28,754 bases of DNA from a virus (Duplodnaviria > Caudoviricetes). The DNA lies in the IMG/VR virus record IMGVR_UViG_3300037501_000105, positions 1-28,754 of that record; one strand, given 5' to 3'. Below are positions 9,099 to 16,537 of this stretch, piece by piece. The notes under the pieces were generated by a model. It ran no database searches. It was not told where the DNA came from and saw nothing but the letters and a program-made list of their open reading frames with translations. The translations under genes and the position numbers were made by a program. The number at the start of each line of letters is the position of its first letter. Within the stretch, counting starts at the first letter, position 1.

Positions 9099-9150
9099 CA
9101 GCATCTTCCCGAACTTCCTGTGTACCAGGGCTTTCGCGCCCCGGTCCGGC

Positions 9151-9180
9151 TAGACCCGGCGCCCTAGCCTCGGCTAACTT
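9151..9180 (+). promoter_or_regulatory. SigA-type leaderless promoter with palindromic operator
   Basis: TAGACC(9151)-N18-TAACTT(9175)-N6-ATG(9187). TAGCCTCGGCTA at 9165-9176 overlaps the -10. Confidence 0.72.
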
Positions 9181-9186
9181 GTTCGC

Positions 9187-9486
9187 ATGGCAGCAACGAC
9201 CAAGACCGAGATCCGCAGCGAGACCTACGAGCGGGCGAGCGCCGCCTGGGCAGCGAACCCGTACCCGAACCACTACCCCAAGGAGGCAGCCACCATGAGC
9301 ACGTACACCGTCACCCGAGTCGTCACGGGCCACTCCTACGCCAGGAACGGCAATCTGGATCGCCCGACCGAGCGAGTTCGCTGGGAGGTCCGACGCGACG
9401 GACGCCTCATCGGAACGGTCTCGACTCGTCGGAAGGCCGACGACCTTGTCCGCCTCGACGAGGCTGAGCAGAAGGTCGCTCGATGA
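9187..9486 (+). CDS. Hypothetical protein with two in-frame starts (9187 leaderless; 9295 SD-led)
   Basis: AAGGAGG SD precedes in-frame ATG 9295. The C-terminal part (WEVRRDGRLIGTVSTRRKA) resembles small phage early proteins. Confidence 0.7.
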   Translation: MAATTKTEIRSETYERASAAWAANPYPNHYPKEAATMSTYTVTRVVTGHSYARNGNLDRPTERVRWEVRRDGRLIGTVSTRRKADDLVRLDEAEQKVAR

Positions 9487-9779
9487 GCGCCTCGACTCGC
9501 CTTTCGCCTCGGGCGTACCGCTTCTGGGACTACTTCAACGCCGCCGACGAGATCGCCGAGTCGGTCTACGCCGGGCTCCGCCAAGACGTGACCGGCGACC
9601 CGACGGAGACGGCGACACGCCGCACGGAGTGGCTGACGACGCTCGCCGACCTCGACTCGAAGATGGTCGCCCGGGCTCGCCGCGCCGCCGACGAGTTCGG
9701 GTTCTCCTGGCCGCCGTCGCTCGCCGAGGCCGAGGAGTACGCTCTCGCCCACCACTCAGAACTCTACGCCGACGCCTAG
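9483..9779 (+). CDS. Hypothetical protein (98 aa)
   Basis: ATGA coupling and typical codon bias. Confidence 0.8.
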   Translation: MSASTRLSPRAYRFWDYFNAADEIAESVYAGLRQDVTGDPTETATRRTEWLTTLADLDSKMVARARRAADEFGFSWPPSLAEAEEYALAHHSELYADA

Positions 9780-9792
9780 CCTCGGCTAACGT
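9775..9792 (+). promoter_or_regulatory. Second copy of operator/-10 module
   Basis: CCTAGCCTCGGCTAAC is identical to 9163-9178. -10 TAACGT at 9787-9792. Confidence 0.7.
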
Positions 9793-9823
9793 CCCTCCCG
9801 TCACCTACCCCAAGGAGAACCCG

Positions 9824-10066
9824 ATGAAGAAGATCCCGGTGGAGGTCAGCAACGGCTTCCAGACGACGCTCCAGGACCTCGCCCGTCCCGAGCGGCCCGA
9901 CCCGCCCGACGAGCGGATGGAGGTCCGAGTCTCCGCTGGCGAGATCCTCGTCACGGCGACCGTCGACGACGAGGTCGTCGGCTGCGTCTCGATCTCGCTC
10001 TCGGAGCTGTTCGACGCGGCGGTCCGCCGCGACCAGTTCGTCGACGTCCAGGAGGTCGAGCTGTGA
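9824..10066 (+). CDS. Hypothetical protein (80 aa)
   Basis: AAGGAG SD then ATG 9824 (MKKIPVEVSN...). The ORF-track start at 9446 is an overextension. Confidence 0.8.
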   Translation: MKKIPVEVSNGFQTTLQDLARPERPDPPDERMEVRVSAGEILVTATVDDEVVGCVSISLSELFDAAVRRDQFVDVQEVEL

Positions 10067-10182
10067 CAACGACCTACGCTCTCCTGGCGAAGCGGCGGAG
10101 GGCGCTCGCTCAGGCGATCCGTTCCTGGGAGCGGGCGGCCGGGCAGCGCGACGCGGCCGAGGCGACGGGAGCCGAGCGATGA
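10063..10182 (+). CDS. Small basic protein (39 aa), not in ORF track
   Basis: AGGAGG SD, GTGA overlap at the start and ATGA overlap at the end. MTTTYALLAKRRRALAQAIRSWERAAGQRDAAEATGAER. Confidence 0.65.
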   Translation: MTTTYALLAKRRRALAQAIRSWERAAGQRDAAEATGAER

Positions 10183-10388
10183 GGCTCCGCATCTGGGTCG
10201 ACCTCGACGGCGCCGCGTTCGACGAGGAGGACGGCGACGGCGCCTACGAGGCGTGCCGCGTGGCGCGCCGGGCCGCCGAGGAGGTCAGCGCCGGGCCGCT
10301 GGAGATCGGACGCCGAGGCGCGCTCCGCGACGTGAACGGGAACACCTGCGGCGGCTGGCTGATCGACGAGGAGGACCACGATGGCTGA
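10179..10388 (+). CDS. Small conserved-looking phage hypothetical protein (69 aa)
   Basis: DxAAF...ExxR...LRDxNGNxxGxW pattern that I recognise from small phage proteins. Function unknown. Confidence 0.8.
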   Translation: MRLRIWVDLDGAAFDEEDGDGAYEACRVARRAAEEVSAGPLEIGRRGALRDVNGNTCGGWLIDEEDHDG

Positions 10389-10749
10389 GCGTATCTACCC
10401 GCGGACGACGACGGTCTCGGTCGACCACGCGACCCACGAACTCGTCCTCCATCTCCACTTCTGGAACGCCGAGACCTCGGACCTCGACATCATCGAGGTC
10501 CGAGTCGCCGAGCGCGCCGGGATCGACCTCGCCGGGCAGGTCGCGCTCCACGGCTCCTACCTCGCCCGCGACGTGATCGAGGACGCTCTCGTCGGCGACT
10601 GCTCGAACTGCGGCAACACCCGCCTCGTCGAGGAGCCGAGGAGCCACGGGAACGGGACCGAGCACGTCCGCTGCCCGTGGTACCGCGACCGCTACGAACG
10701 CCGCGGCGACCCGGCGCCCTCGATCCGACCGGCAGGGCCGCCGTCGTGA
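10381..10749 (+). CDS. Hypothetical protein with Zn-ribbon-like CxxC (122 aa)
   Basis: GAGGAGG SD. CSNCGNT...RCPW. Confidence 0.78.
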   Translation: MAERIYPRTTTVSVDHATHELVLHLHFWNAETSDLDIIEVRVAERAGIDLAGQVALHGSYLARDVIEDALVGDCSNCGNTRLVEEPRSHGNGTEHVRCPWYRDRYERRGDPAPSIRPAGPPS

Positions 10750-11202
10750 GGCTCTTCGACCCGCTCCCGAGCTGGCGGCCGCTCGGACGCAACGAGATCG
10801 TCGGCGCCGTCGCCGACCGGACGGCGTCCTCCGCGCCCTCGTCCTCGATCTCGCCGTCGAGTCAGACGAGATCCTCGACGACGACGGGCGCGGGTTCGGC
10901 TCGACGGACCGGATCGTCGACTCGCCCCGGTCGTGGCGGTGGAGCAGCTCGGACCTCGTCACGCCCGCCTGTTCGCTGCGGCCGAGTACATGCGCGGCTG
11001 GTCGATCGTCGGGATCTCCGGCCACGCGTCGCTGCTGATCCTCTCGGCGACCGTCGCGGCCGGGCTCCTCTACCCGACGATGCTCTCCGCCGTCTCGACC
11101 GAGGTCGAGGTCCGGGCTCAGCCGAGGACGGCGTCGACCTTCGCCGGGTTGACGGAGACCCGGTCGGGCGTCGAGACCCGGCCGCACGGGCACCAGCGGT
11201 AG
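10746..11202 (+). pseudogene. Hypothetical gene interrupted by two apparent -1 frame breaks
   Basis: GTGA-coupled start. Protein-like reading moves frame at about 10817 and again between about 10890 and 10966, ending at TAG 11200-11202. Confidence 0.55.
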
Positions 11203-11377
11203 GAGACGATCTCCGCCTCGCCGTGGCCGCCGTGGCGGAAGAGCGGAAGCTAGGCCCACGCCTTGACCCGGAGCGCGCCGAGACGACACGCCGGACAGCG
11301 GTCGGCCGGGACGGGCACGGGTAGCGTCTCCACCCGTCCGAGGGTAGTCGGTCCTTCCCTCCCGGCCTCGGGACATC

Positions 11378-11383
11378 TACCCT
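11378..11383 (+). promoter_or_regulatory. Candidate leaderless -10 (TACCCT) for protease gene
   Basis: 7 nt before ATG 11391. No SD. Confidence 0.55.
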
Positions 11384-11390
11384 GTCCCGT

Positions 11391-12881
11391 ATGAGCCCAC
11401 GCGTGCCGGTGATCCTCGCCCTGACGGCGGACGAGCAGGGCGGCGCCCTCCTCGCCGACGAGACCCGAGAGGACGCCCTCGCCGCGGCGATCGTCGCTCC
11501 CTCGGCGACCCTCCCGGAGTTCGCCGTCGTCTCGATCATGCGGGAAGGCGTCGACACGTCCGACGGCCGCTGGTTCGCCCCGGGAGGCGGCACCTGGAGG
11601 GAGCCTCCGCTCACGATGACCCTCAACCACGACCCGGACCAGCGCGTCGGCCAGATCGTGCGGATCGACCGGGCGGAGAGCGTCGAGGCCCTGGAGGCGC
11701 TCCTCGACCCGGAGAACCTCCCAGAGACCTACGCCGCCGCTGTCGGCGACACGGGCGACGTGATCGTCGGGCTCGTCCAGTTCGACCTCGGCCTCGACGC
11801 CGACGGCGTCCTCGTCGACCCGGAGGCGCCCGGCCGCCGCGCCGCCCGCGAGGTCCACAACGGCTTCCTCCGTGGCGTCTCCGCCGAGCTGGGCGACCTC
11901 GCCGTCGAGTTCGAGTGCGTCGAGTCGGACCCGGAGGATCCCGAGTTCTGTCTCGACTACCAGGTCCGCTTCCTCCGCTTCCGGATCGGCGCGGCGACGT
12001 TCACGTCGTTCCAGGCGATGGAGGACGCCCGCTCGATCTCCGTCGGCGGAGACCCGGCGAGCTCATCGGACGAGCAGCTCCGGTCGATCGTCGCGTCGGG
12101 CGTCGTCGAGGTACGGGAGCCCGAGCGGTCGATCGAGGGTTCGGACGGCGAGTCGCTCTCCCTCGACCCGCCGCGCGACTGGTTCGAGGACCCGGGCCTC
12201 GACGAGCCGACGCCGCTCACGTTTGAGGAGAGCGGCCGGGTGTTCGGGCACATCGCTCTCTGGGGTACTTGCCACATCGGGAGGACGGACGTCTGCGTGA
12301 CGCCTCCTCGCTCGATGACGAGCTATGCCTACTTCCGGACGGGCGAGATCGTCTGCGCCGACGGCACCCGCGTCCCGGTCGGCTCGCTGACGATGAACAC
12401 GGGCCACGCGACGCTCGACGTCTCGCCGACGCAGGCGGTCGCCCACTACGACGACACGGGCACGCAGGCGGCGCAGCTCGCCGCGGGCGAGGACGACCAC
12501 GGCATCTGGGTCGCGGGCGTCCGCTCGCCGAACGTGACCCGAGACCAGCTCCGTGTCCTCATGGCGGCGGCCGGGTCCGGCGACTGGCGGCGCCTCGGAG
12601 GCAACCTCGAACTCGTCCGCATCCTCGCCGTGAACACGCCGGGCTTCCCGGTACCGCGGGCTCAGACGCTCCTCGCCTCGGGCGAGCAGACGGCGCTCGT
12701 CGCCGCTGGCGCTGCGGCGGCTGCCTCCGCCTCCTGCGGCTGCGGCGGAGAGCGCACGCAGGCGCACGGCCACGGATCGGACGCTCTGGAGCGCCGCCTC
12801 CGGAACGTCGAGGCGACCCTCGCCGTTCTCGGGCTCGGGAGCCAGGCGGCCGAGGCGCTCGGCGCTCGTCTCTCCCGGTGA
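11391..12881 (+). CDS. Capsid maturation protease (two-domain, cluster-B-like)
   Basis: TSDGR, LNHD, VGQI and RGVSAEL in the N-terminal protease domain. C-terminal GRVFGHIALWGTCHIG, HYDDTG, AGEDDHGIWVAG, SGDWR and LAVNTPGFP. Located between portal and capsid. Confidence 0.85.
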   Translation: MSPRVPVILALTADEQGGALLADETREDALAAAIVAPSATLPEFAVVSIMREGVDTSDGRWFAPGGGTWREPPLTMTLNHDPDQRVGQIVRIDRAESVEALEALLDPENLPETYAAAVGDTGDVIVGLVQFDLGLDADGVLVDPEAPGRRAAREVHNGFLRGVSAELGDLAVEFECVESDPEDPEFCLDYQVRFLRFRIGAATFTSFQAMEDARSISVGGDPASSSDEQLRSIVASGVVEVREPERSIEGSDGESLSLDPPRDWFEDPGLDEPTPLTFEESGRVFGHIALWGTCHIGRTDVCVTPPRSMTSYAYFRTGEIVCADGTRVPVGSLTMNTGHATLDVSPTQAVAHYDDTGTQAAQLAAGEDDHGIWVAGVRSPNVTRDQLRVLMAAAGSGDWRRLGGNLELVRILAVNTPGFPVPRAQTLLASGEQTALVAAGAAAAASASCGCGGERTQAHGHGSDALERRLRNVEATLAVLGLGSQAAEALGARLSR

Positions 12882-12984
12882 GGCCCGGGTACGAGTTCCA
12901 GGGGCGCTGCCCGTCCTGCGGCGCGTCGACGTCGAGAAGGCACGGGCGGACATAGCCTCGATCCGGGCGAGGAGCGACCGATGA
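12878..12984 (+). pseudogene. Tiny CxxC gene with an apparent -1 frame break or internal deletion
   Basis: Starts GTGA-coupled (MRPGYEFQGRCPSCGA). The -1 frame continues VDVEKARADIASIRARSDR and ends ATGA-coupled at 12981-12984. Confidence 0.45.
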
Positions 12985-13130
12985 GCACGACGACGGTCCC
13001 GACGGCGTTCCGGCAGCTCCAGGAGATCGGCCAGCGCCACGGCTGGACGGTCGAGCGGACCGACTTCTCCGGGTTCATCGAGACGGAGGAGGAGGCCGAG
13101 GCGCTCGGCTACTCCGAGTCGTCGGGCTGA
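12981..13130 (+). CDS. Hypothetical 49-aa ORF (possibly N-terminus of a frameshifted gene)
   Basis: GAGGAG SD and ATG 12981. MSTTTVPTAFRQLQEIGQRHGWTVERTDFSGFIETEEEAEALGYSESSG. Confidence 0.6.
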   Translation: MSTTTVPTAFRQLQEIGQRHGWTVERTDFSGFIETEEEAEALGYSESSG

Positions 13131-13480
13131 CGGCCCTCTACGACTGCTGGGTCTGCCCGCACGGCTGCGGCCCGCTCGACGAGAACGCCGCGCCCGAGTT
13201 CGCCGTCTGCCCGGTCTGCGGCGACGAGTGGGACCTGGAGACGTTCGAGCCTCGGGCGCGCCGGACGTTCGGGCTCCGGATCAGCTGGGGCCGGGCGATC
13301 GAGACCGGCCGCTGGAACGTCCTCCGCCTCGTCTCGAAGAGCGGCGACCAGGTCGGCGTCGGCTGCTGGGACGACGACCCCGCGATGTACGGCGTCCGCT
13401 CGATCGACTCCGCCCGCCGCCTCCTCGCGTCTCCGCTACCCGAGCTGGCTCGGACGAGAGGAGGCGCCGCTGGATCCTGA
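13127..13480 (+). CDS. Zn-ribbon protein lacking a canonical start (CTG start or frameshifted from upstream ORF)
   Basis: 117 codons with strong coding bias: LTALYDCWVCPHGCG...CPVCGDEWD...VGCWDDDPAMYG... No in-frame ATG/GTG/TTG near its 5' end. CTG overlaps the upstream TGA. Confidence 0.6.
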   Translation: MTALYDCWVCPHGCGPLDENAAPEFAVCPVCGDEWDLETFEPRARRTFGLRISWGRAIETGRWNVLRLVSKSGDQVGVGCWDDDPAMYGVRSIDSARRLLASPLPELARTRGGAAGS

Positions 13481-13538
13481 ACCCGTGGTGCGGCGCGCCG
13501 ATCCTGGCGGACGACGGCGCCGCACGATCTCGTAGGAG

Positions 13539-13573
13539 GAGAGCCCTCGGCAAGGGGAACGCCGAGGGCTCTC
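13539..13573. terminator. Perfect 13-bp hairpin, probable intrinsic terminator
   Basis: GAGAGCCCTCGGC-N9-GCCGAGGGCTCTC, just upstream of the capsid promoter. No long U-tract, which is common in Actinobacteria. Confidence 0.75.
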
Positions 13574-13587
13574 TCGCGTCCGGGTGC

Positions 13588-13616
13588 TTGACGGGCGCGC
13601 GCGCCGCATGTACCGT
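13588..13616 (+). promoter_or_regulatory. Near-consensus SigA promoter for the capsid operon
   Basis: TTGACG(13588)-N17-TACCGT(13611). Confidence 0.75.
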
Positions 13617-13622
13617 GCGGAG

Positions 13623-13779
13623 CACCGAGAGGAGCGACCCGACGCCATAGGCGCTGGGGAGGCGTCCGCACGCTGGCAGAGCCAGGGCGGTCCGACTGCT
13701 CGATCGGAACGTCGAGCCCGACTCCGGGCGTCGACCGACCATCGCATCAGAACGACCAACCTGACTCAAGGAGCCCACC
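13623..13779 (+). promoter_or_regulatory. Long structured 5' leader of capsid mRNA
   Basis: Hairpins CGCC-ATA-GGCG, CTGGC-AGA-GCCAG, GCTCGA-N8-TCGAGC and CCCG-ACTC-CGGG, then an A/C-rich stretch and AAGGAG SD. Confidence 0.5.
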
Positions 13780-15549
13780 GTGGACCCGATCCTCACCCTC
13801 CTCGCTCTGCTGGAGAACCCTGCCGAGCTGACCGACGCCGCCGTCGGCGAGACCGAGGCGGAGCTGCTCCGCCACTTCGACGAGATCCGTGCGGGCGAGA
13901 GCGAGCACTACGACGCCGACGACGTCGAGATCCTCCGCTCGATCGCCCAGGGCGTCGAGAACCTCCGGGCCCTCGCCGCGGTGAGGATCGCCGAGGCGCA
14001 GCAGCGCAACGACGAGATCGACGAGCTGGCTCGCTCGGTCCACCAGGAGCCTGTCGCCGAGAGCGACGAGGCGACCGGCGACGACGCCGAGGACGGCGCC
14101 GAGAGCGCCGAGGACAGCTCGGAGAGCGCCGAGGAGGCCGAGAGCGCCGAGGAGGCGTCCGGCGAGGCCGAGGCGTCCACGGAGGCCGAGGAGAGCGCCG
14201 AGGAGCGCGAGCCCGCCGTCGTGGCAGCCGCCGCTCCCTCGATCTCCGAGATCGTCTCCCGGACCGGCATGGCTCGGACCCGCCCGCGGGCTCCTCGCCA
14301 GGCGTCGGCTCCGCAGCGCCCGGCGAACGTCCATCTCCAGACCGACACCGGCCGCCAGGTCGCGTCGATCCGGGAGGGCTACGAGCACATGGCGGCCCGC
14401 TTCCAGGAGCTGGGCCGGAATGCCGGGAAGCGCGTCCTGCTCTCGATCGTCGGCGAGTACCCGGAGGACCGGCAGCTCGGCCTCGACCATCGCCAGTCGG
14501 GCGCCCGCTTCGACGCCGTCGTCGCCGCCGCCGAGAACCCGGAGGCGTGGACGGACGCCATCGTCGCCTCGGGCGGCTGGTGCGCTCCGTCCGCCGTCGA
14601 CTACTCGATGGTGCTGGAGGCCGAGGCGATGCGTCCCGTCCGGGACGCCCTGCCCGACTTCGGTGCCGATCGTGGCGGCGTTCGCCTCCCGGTCTCGCCG
14701 ACCCTCTCGTCGATCGACACCGCGGGCGCCGACGCCGCCGTGGCGCAGCACACGAACGCCGACGACGAGGCGGCCGCCGACAAGCCGATCCAGGTGATCG
14801 ACTGCCCGGACTTCGCCGAGTTCACCGCCTACGCCGTCACGAAGCGGCTCCGCTTCGGCAACTTCGGCCAGCGGGCGTTCCCGGAGAACGTCGCTCAGTG
14901 GAGCTCACTCGCCATGGCGGCGCACGCCCGCCTCGCCGAGACGCTCCTCCTCGACGCGATCAAGACGGACGCCGGGACGACGAACGTCACGGACGGCCAG
15001 GTGTTCGGCGCCGCTCGCGACATCTTGGAGTCGGTTATCCGGGCCGCGGCCGCCCGCCGCTCGGCCGAGCGGACCGGCGACGTTCGTCTCCGCTGGATGG
15101 GCCCGGCGTGGATCATCGACCTCATGCAGGCCGACCTGATCCGCTCCGGTGAGGGTCGAGTCGACCTCGTCACGGCCCGGGCGGAGATCGTCCGGATGCT
15201 GTCCGACGCAGGCGTCACGCCGACGTTCTACGTCGATTCGCCGACGACCGGGACCTCGCAGATCCTGCCGAAGCAGACCGACAACGGGACGCTTTCGCAG
15301 TGGCCGTGCGAGATCCAGTGGGCGCTGTTCGCGGAGGGCCACTTCGGCTTCCTGAACGGCGGCGCCCTCGACCTCGGCGTGATCCGGGACTCGACGCTGA
15401 ACACCACCAACGACTTCGAGACCTTCTCGGAGACGTTCGAGGGTCTGGCCGCACGCCGCGGCCCGGAGGCCCTCTGGGTGACGCAGACCGTGCTGGCCGA
15501 CGGCTCCTACGCCGCTGGCATCGACGGCGCCGTCACCTGCAGCAGCTGA
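13780..15549 (+). CDS. Major capsid hexamer protein with N-terminal scaffold-like extension
   Basis: ASGGWCAPS, LPDFxxxRGG, KPxxxIDCP, GNFGQRAFPE and LDLGVIRDSTLNxxNDF...FSETFEG match Rosebush/cluster-B-type hexamer capsid proteins. Confidence 0.92.
   Translation: MDPILTLLALLENPAELTDAAVGETEAELLRHFDEIRAGESEHYDADDVEILRSIAQGVENLRALAAVRIAEAQQRNDEIDELARSVHQEPVAESDEATGDDAEDGAESAEDSSESAEEAESAEEASGEAEASTEAEESAEEREPAVVAAAAPSISEIVSRTGMARTRPRAPRQASAPQRPANVHLQTDTGRQVASIREGYEHMAARFQELGRNAGKRVLLSIVGEYPEDRQLGLDHRQSGARFDAVVAAAENPEAWTDAIVASGGWCAPSAVDYSMVLEAEAMRPVRDALPDFGADRGGVRLPVSPTLSSIDTAGADAAVAQHTNADDEAAADKPIQVIDCPDFAEFTAYAVTKRLRFGNFGQRAFPENVAQWSSLAMAAHARLAETLLLDAIKTDAGTTNVTDGQVFGAARDILESVIRAAAARRSAERTGDVRLRWMGPAWIIDLMQADLIRSGEGRVDLVTARAEIVRMLSDAGVTPTFYVDSPTTGTSQILPKQTDNGTLSQWPCEIQWALFAEGHFGFLNGGALDLGVIRDSTLNTTNDFETFSETFEGLAARRGPEALWVTQTVLADGSYAAGIDGAVTCSS
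14101..14204 (+). repeat. Four copies of GAGAGCGCCGAGGA (ESAE repeats) in capsid acidic linker
   Basis: Exact 14-mers at 14101, 14122, 14140 and 14191. Confidence 0.85.
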
Positions 15550-15600
15550 CGGGCTCCCGGGTAGGAGCGAGAGAGAGACCGAGGAGAGGACGGGCTAGCT

Positions 15601-16488
15601 ATGGCAGGCGCGACGAACGCACATGTGCCCATCGATGCGCCGCAGGCCAGCCCGCCTCGCCTCGGTCTCCTCGCTTCCGCCGTCAGGCCGACGGGCGTCG
15701 ACCCTCGCTGGGTGAACGGCATCGAGTTCGCTCCGGAGGCGTGCCTCGACGACGACGAGGTCTGGTGGACCTGCCCGGAGGGCGAGGGAGGCGACGCTCC
15801 CGGCGACAAGCCGAGCGCCTCGAATCGCCCGGAGCTGGTCCGCTACCGGCCGGTCGAGCTGGTCGCCCACGACACCTGCTCGGCGCTCGGCTACACGATC
15901 GCCGACTATCAGGCGAGGGCCCGTCGGAACCTCGTCGCGACGCAGTCCCGGAAGATGGAGGCGGAGCTGTGGTCCGGGACCGCCGCGATCGCGGCGAACT
16001 TCCCGAACGCCTACCTGGCCGACGCCGCCTCCGCCGTCGACCTCGGGCTCTTTCCGCTCGTCTACGGGCTCGCCGCGCTTCAGGAGTACCTCGCCGCGAC
16101 GATCCCGGGCCGAGGGATGATCCACGCGACGGTCCGGACCGTGACGCTCTGGCTCTCCGCTGGCGTGATCCGCCGAGAGGGCACCGTGCTCCTCGACGTG
16201 ATGGACAACATCGTCGTCCCGGGCACGGGCTACGACGGCTCCGGGCCGGGCGGCGAACCCGCTCCCGCTTCCGGCGACCGGGCCTGGGCGTACGCGACCG
16301 GCCTCGTTCACGTCCTGGAGGACGAGATCGTCGCGACTCCGTCGACGATCGGCGAGGCGCTCGACCGGACGACGAACGTCGTGACGATGCGCGCCGAGCG
16401 GACCGTCGCCGCGTTCTGGGACGGCTGCGCTCACGCCGCCGCCGAGATCGACCTCTGCTCGACCTGCTGCGACCCGAGCAGCAGCTGA
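15601..16488 (+). CDS. Major capsid pentamer protein
   Basis: GLLxSA, RWxNGIxF, DTCS, ExELWSG, GMIHA, VVPGxGY, YATG and NxVxxxAER. Immediately follows the hexamer gene. Confidence 0.82.
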   Translation: MAGATNAHVPIDAPQASPPRLGLLASAVRPTGVDPRWVNGIEFAPEACLDDDEVWWTCPEGEGGDAPGDKPSASNRPELVRYRPVELVAHDTCSALGYTIADYQARARRNLVATQSRKMEAELWSGTAAIAANFPNAYLADAASAVDLGLFPLVYGLAALQEYLAATIPGRGMIHATVRTVTLWLSAGVIRREGTVLLDVMDNIVVPGTGYDGSGPGGEPAPASGDRAWAYATGLVHVLEDEIVATPSTIGEALDRTTNVVTMRAERTVAAFWDGCAHAAAEIDLCSTCCDPSSS

Positions 16489-16537
16489 CCTATCCACCAC
16501 CAACCCACGAACCCAACCACCCGAGAGGAACGAACCC

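Noticed and set aside
6582-9104. 840-aa minus-strand ORF, and similar ones at 2991-5036, 22568-24862 and 25384-27327
   Set aside because: Antisense shadows of real genes. TTA/CTA/TCA codons are rare, so reverse frames lack stops. The products are Arg-rich or low-complexity with no motifs.
11120-11324. A third -1 shift that would extend the 10746 gene to 11324
   Set aside because: The unshifted frame keeps G/C third positions all the way to TAG 11202, so no further shift is needed.
14101-14204. Repeats as CRISPR or DGR elements
   Set aside because: In-frame coding repeats with irregular short spacing. No cas or reverse transcriptase gene, and no A-specific variant pair seen.
13584-15152. 522-aa + strand ORF overlapping the capsid gene (also 15300-16541, 5026-6063 and 7103-7963)
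   Set aside because: Alternate-frame artefacts of high GC3, with Arg-rich composition.
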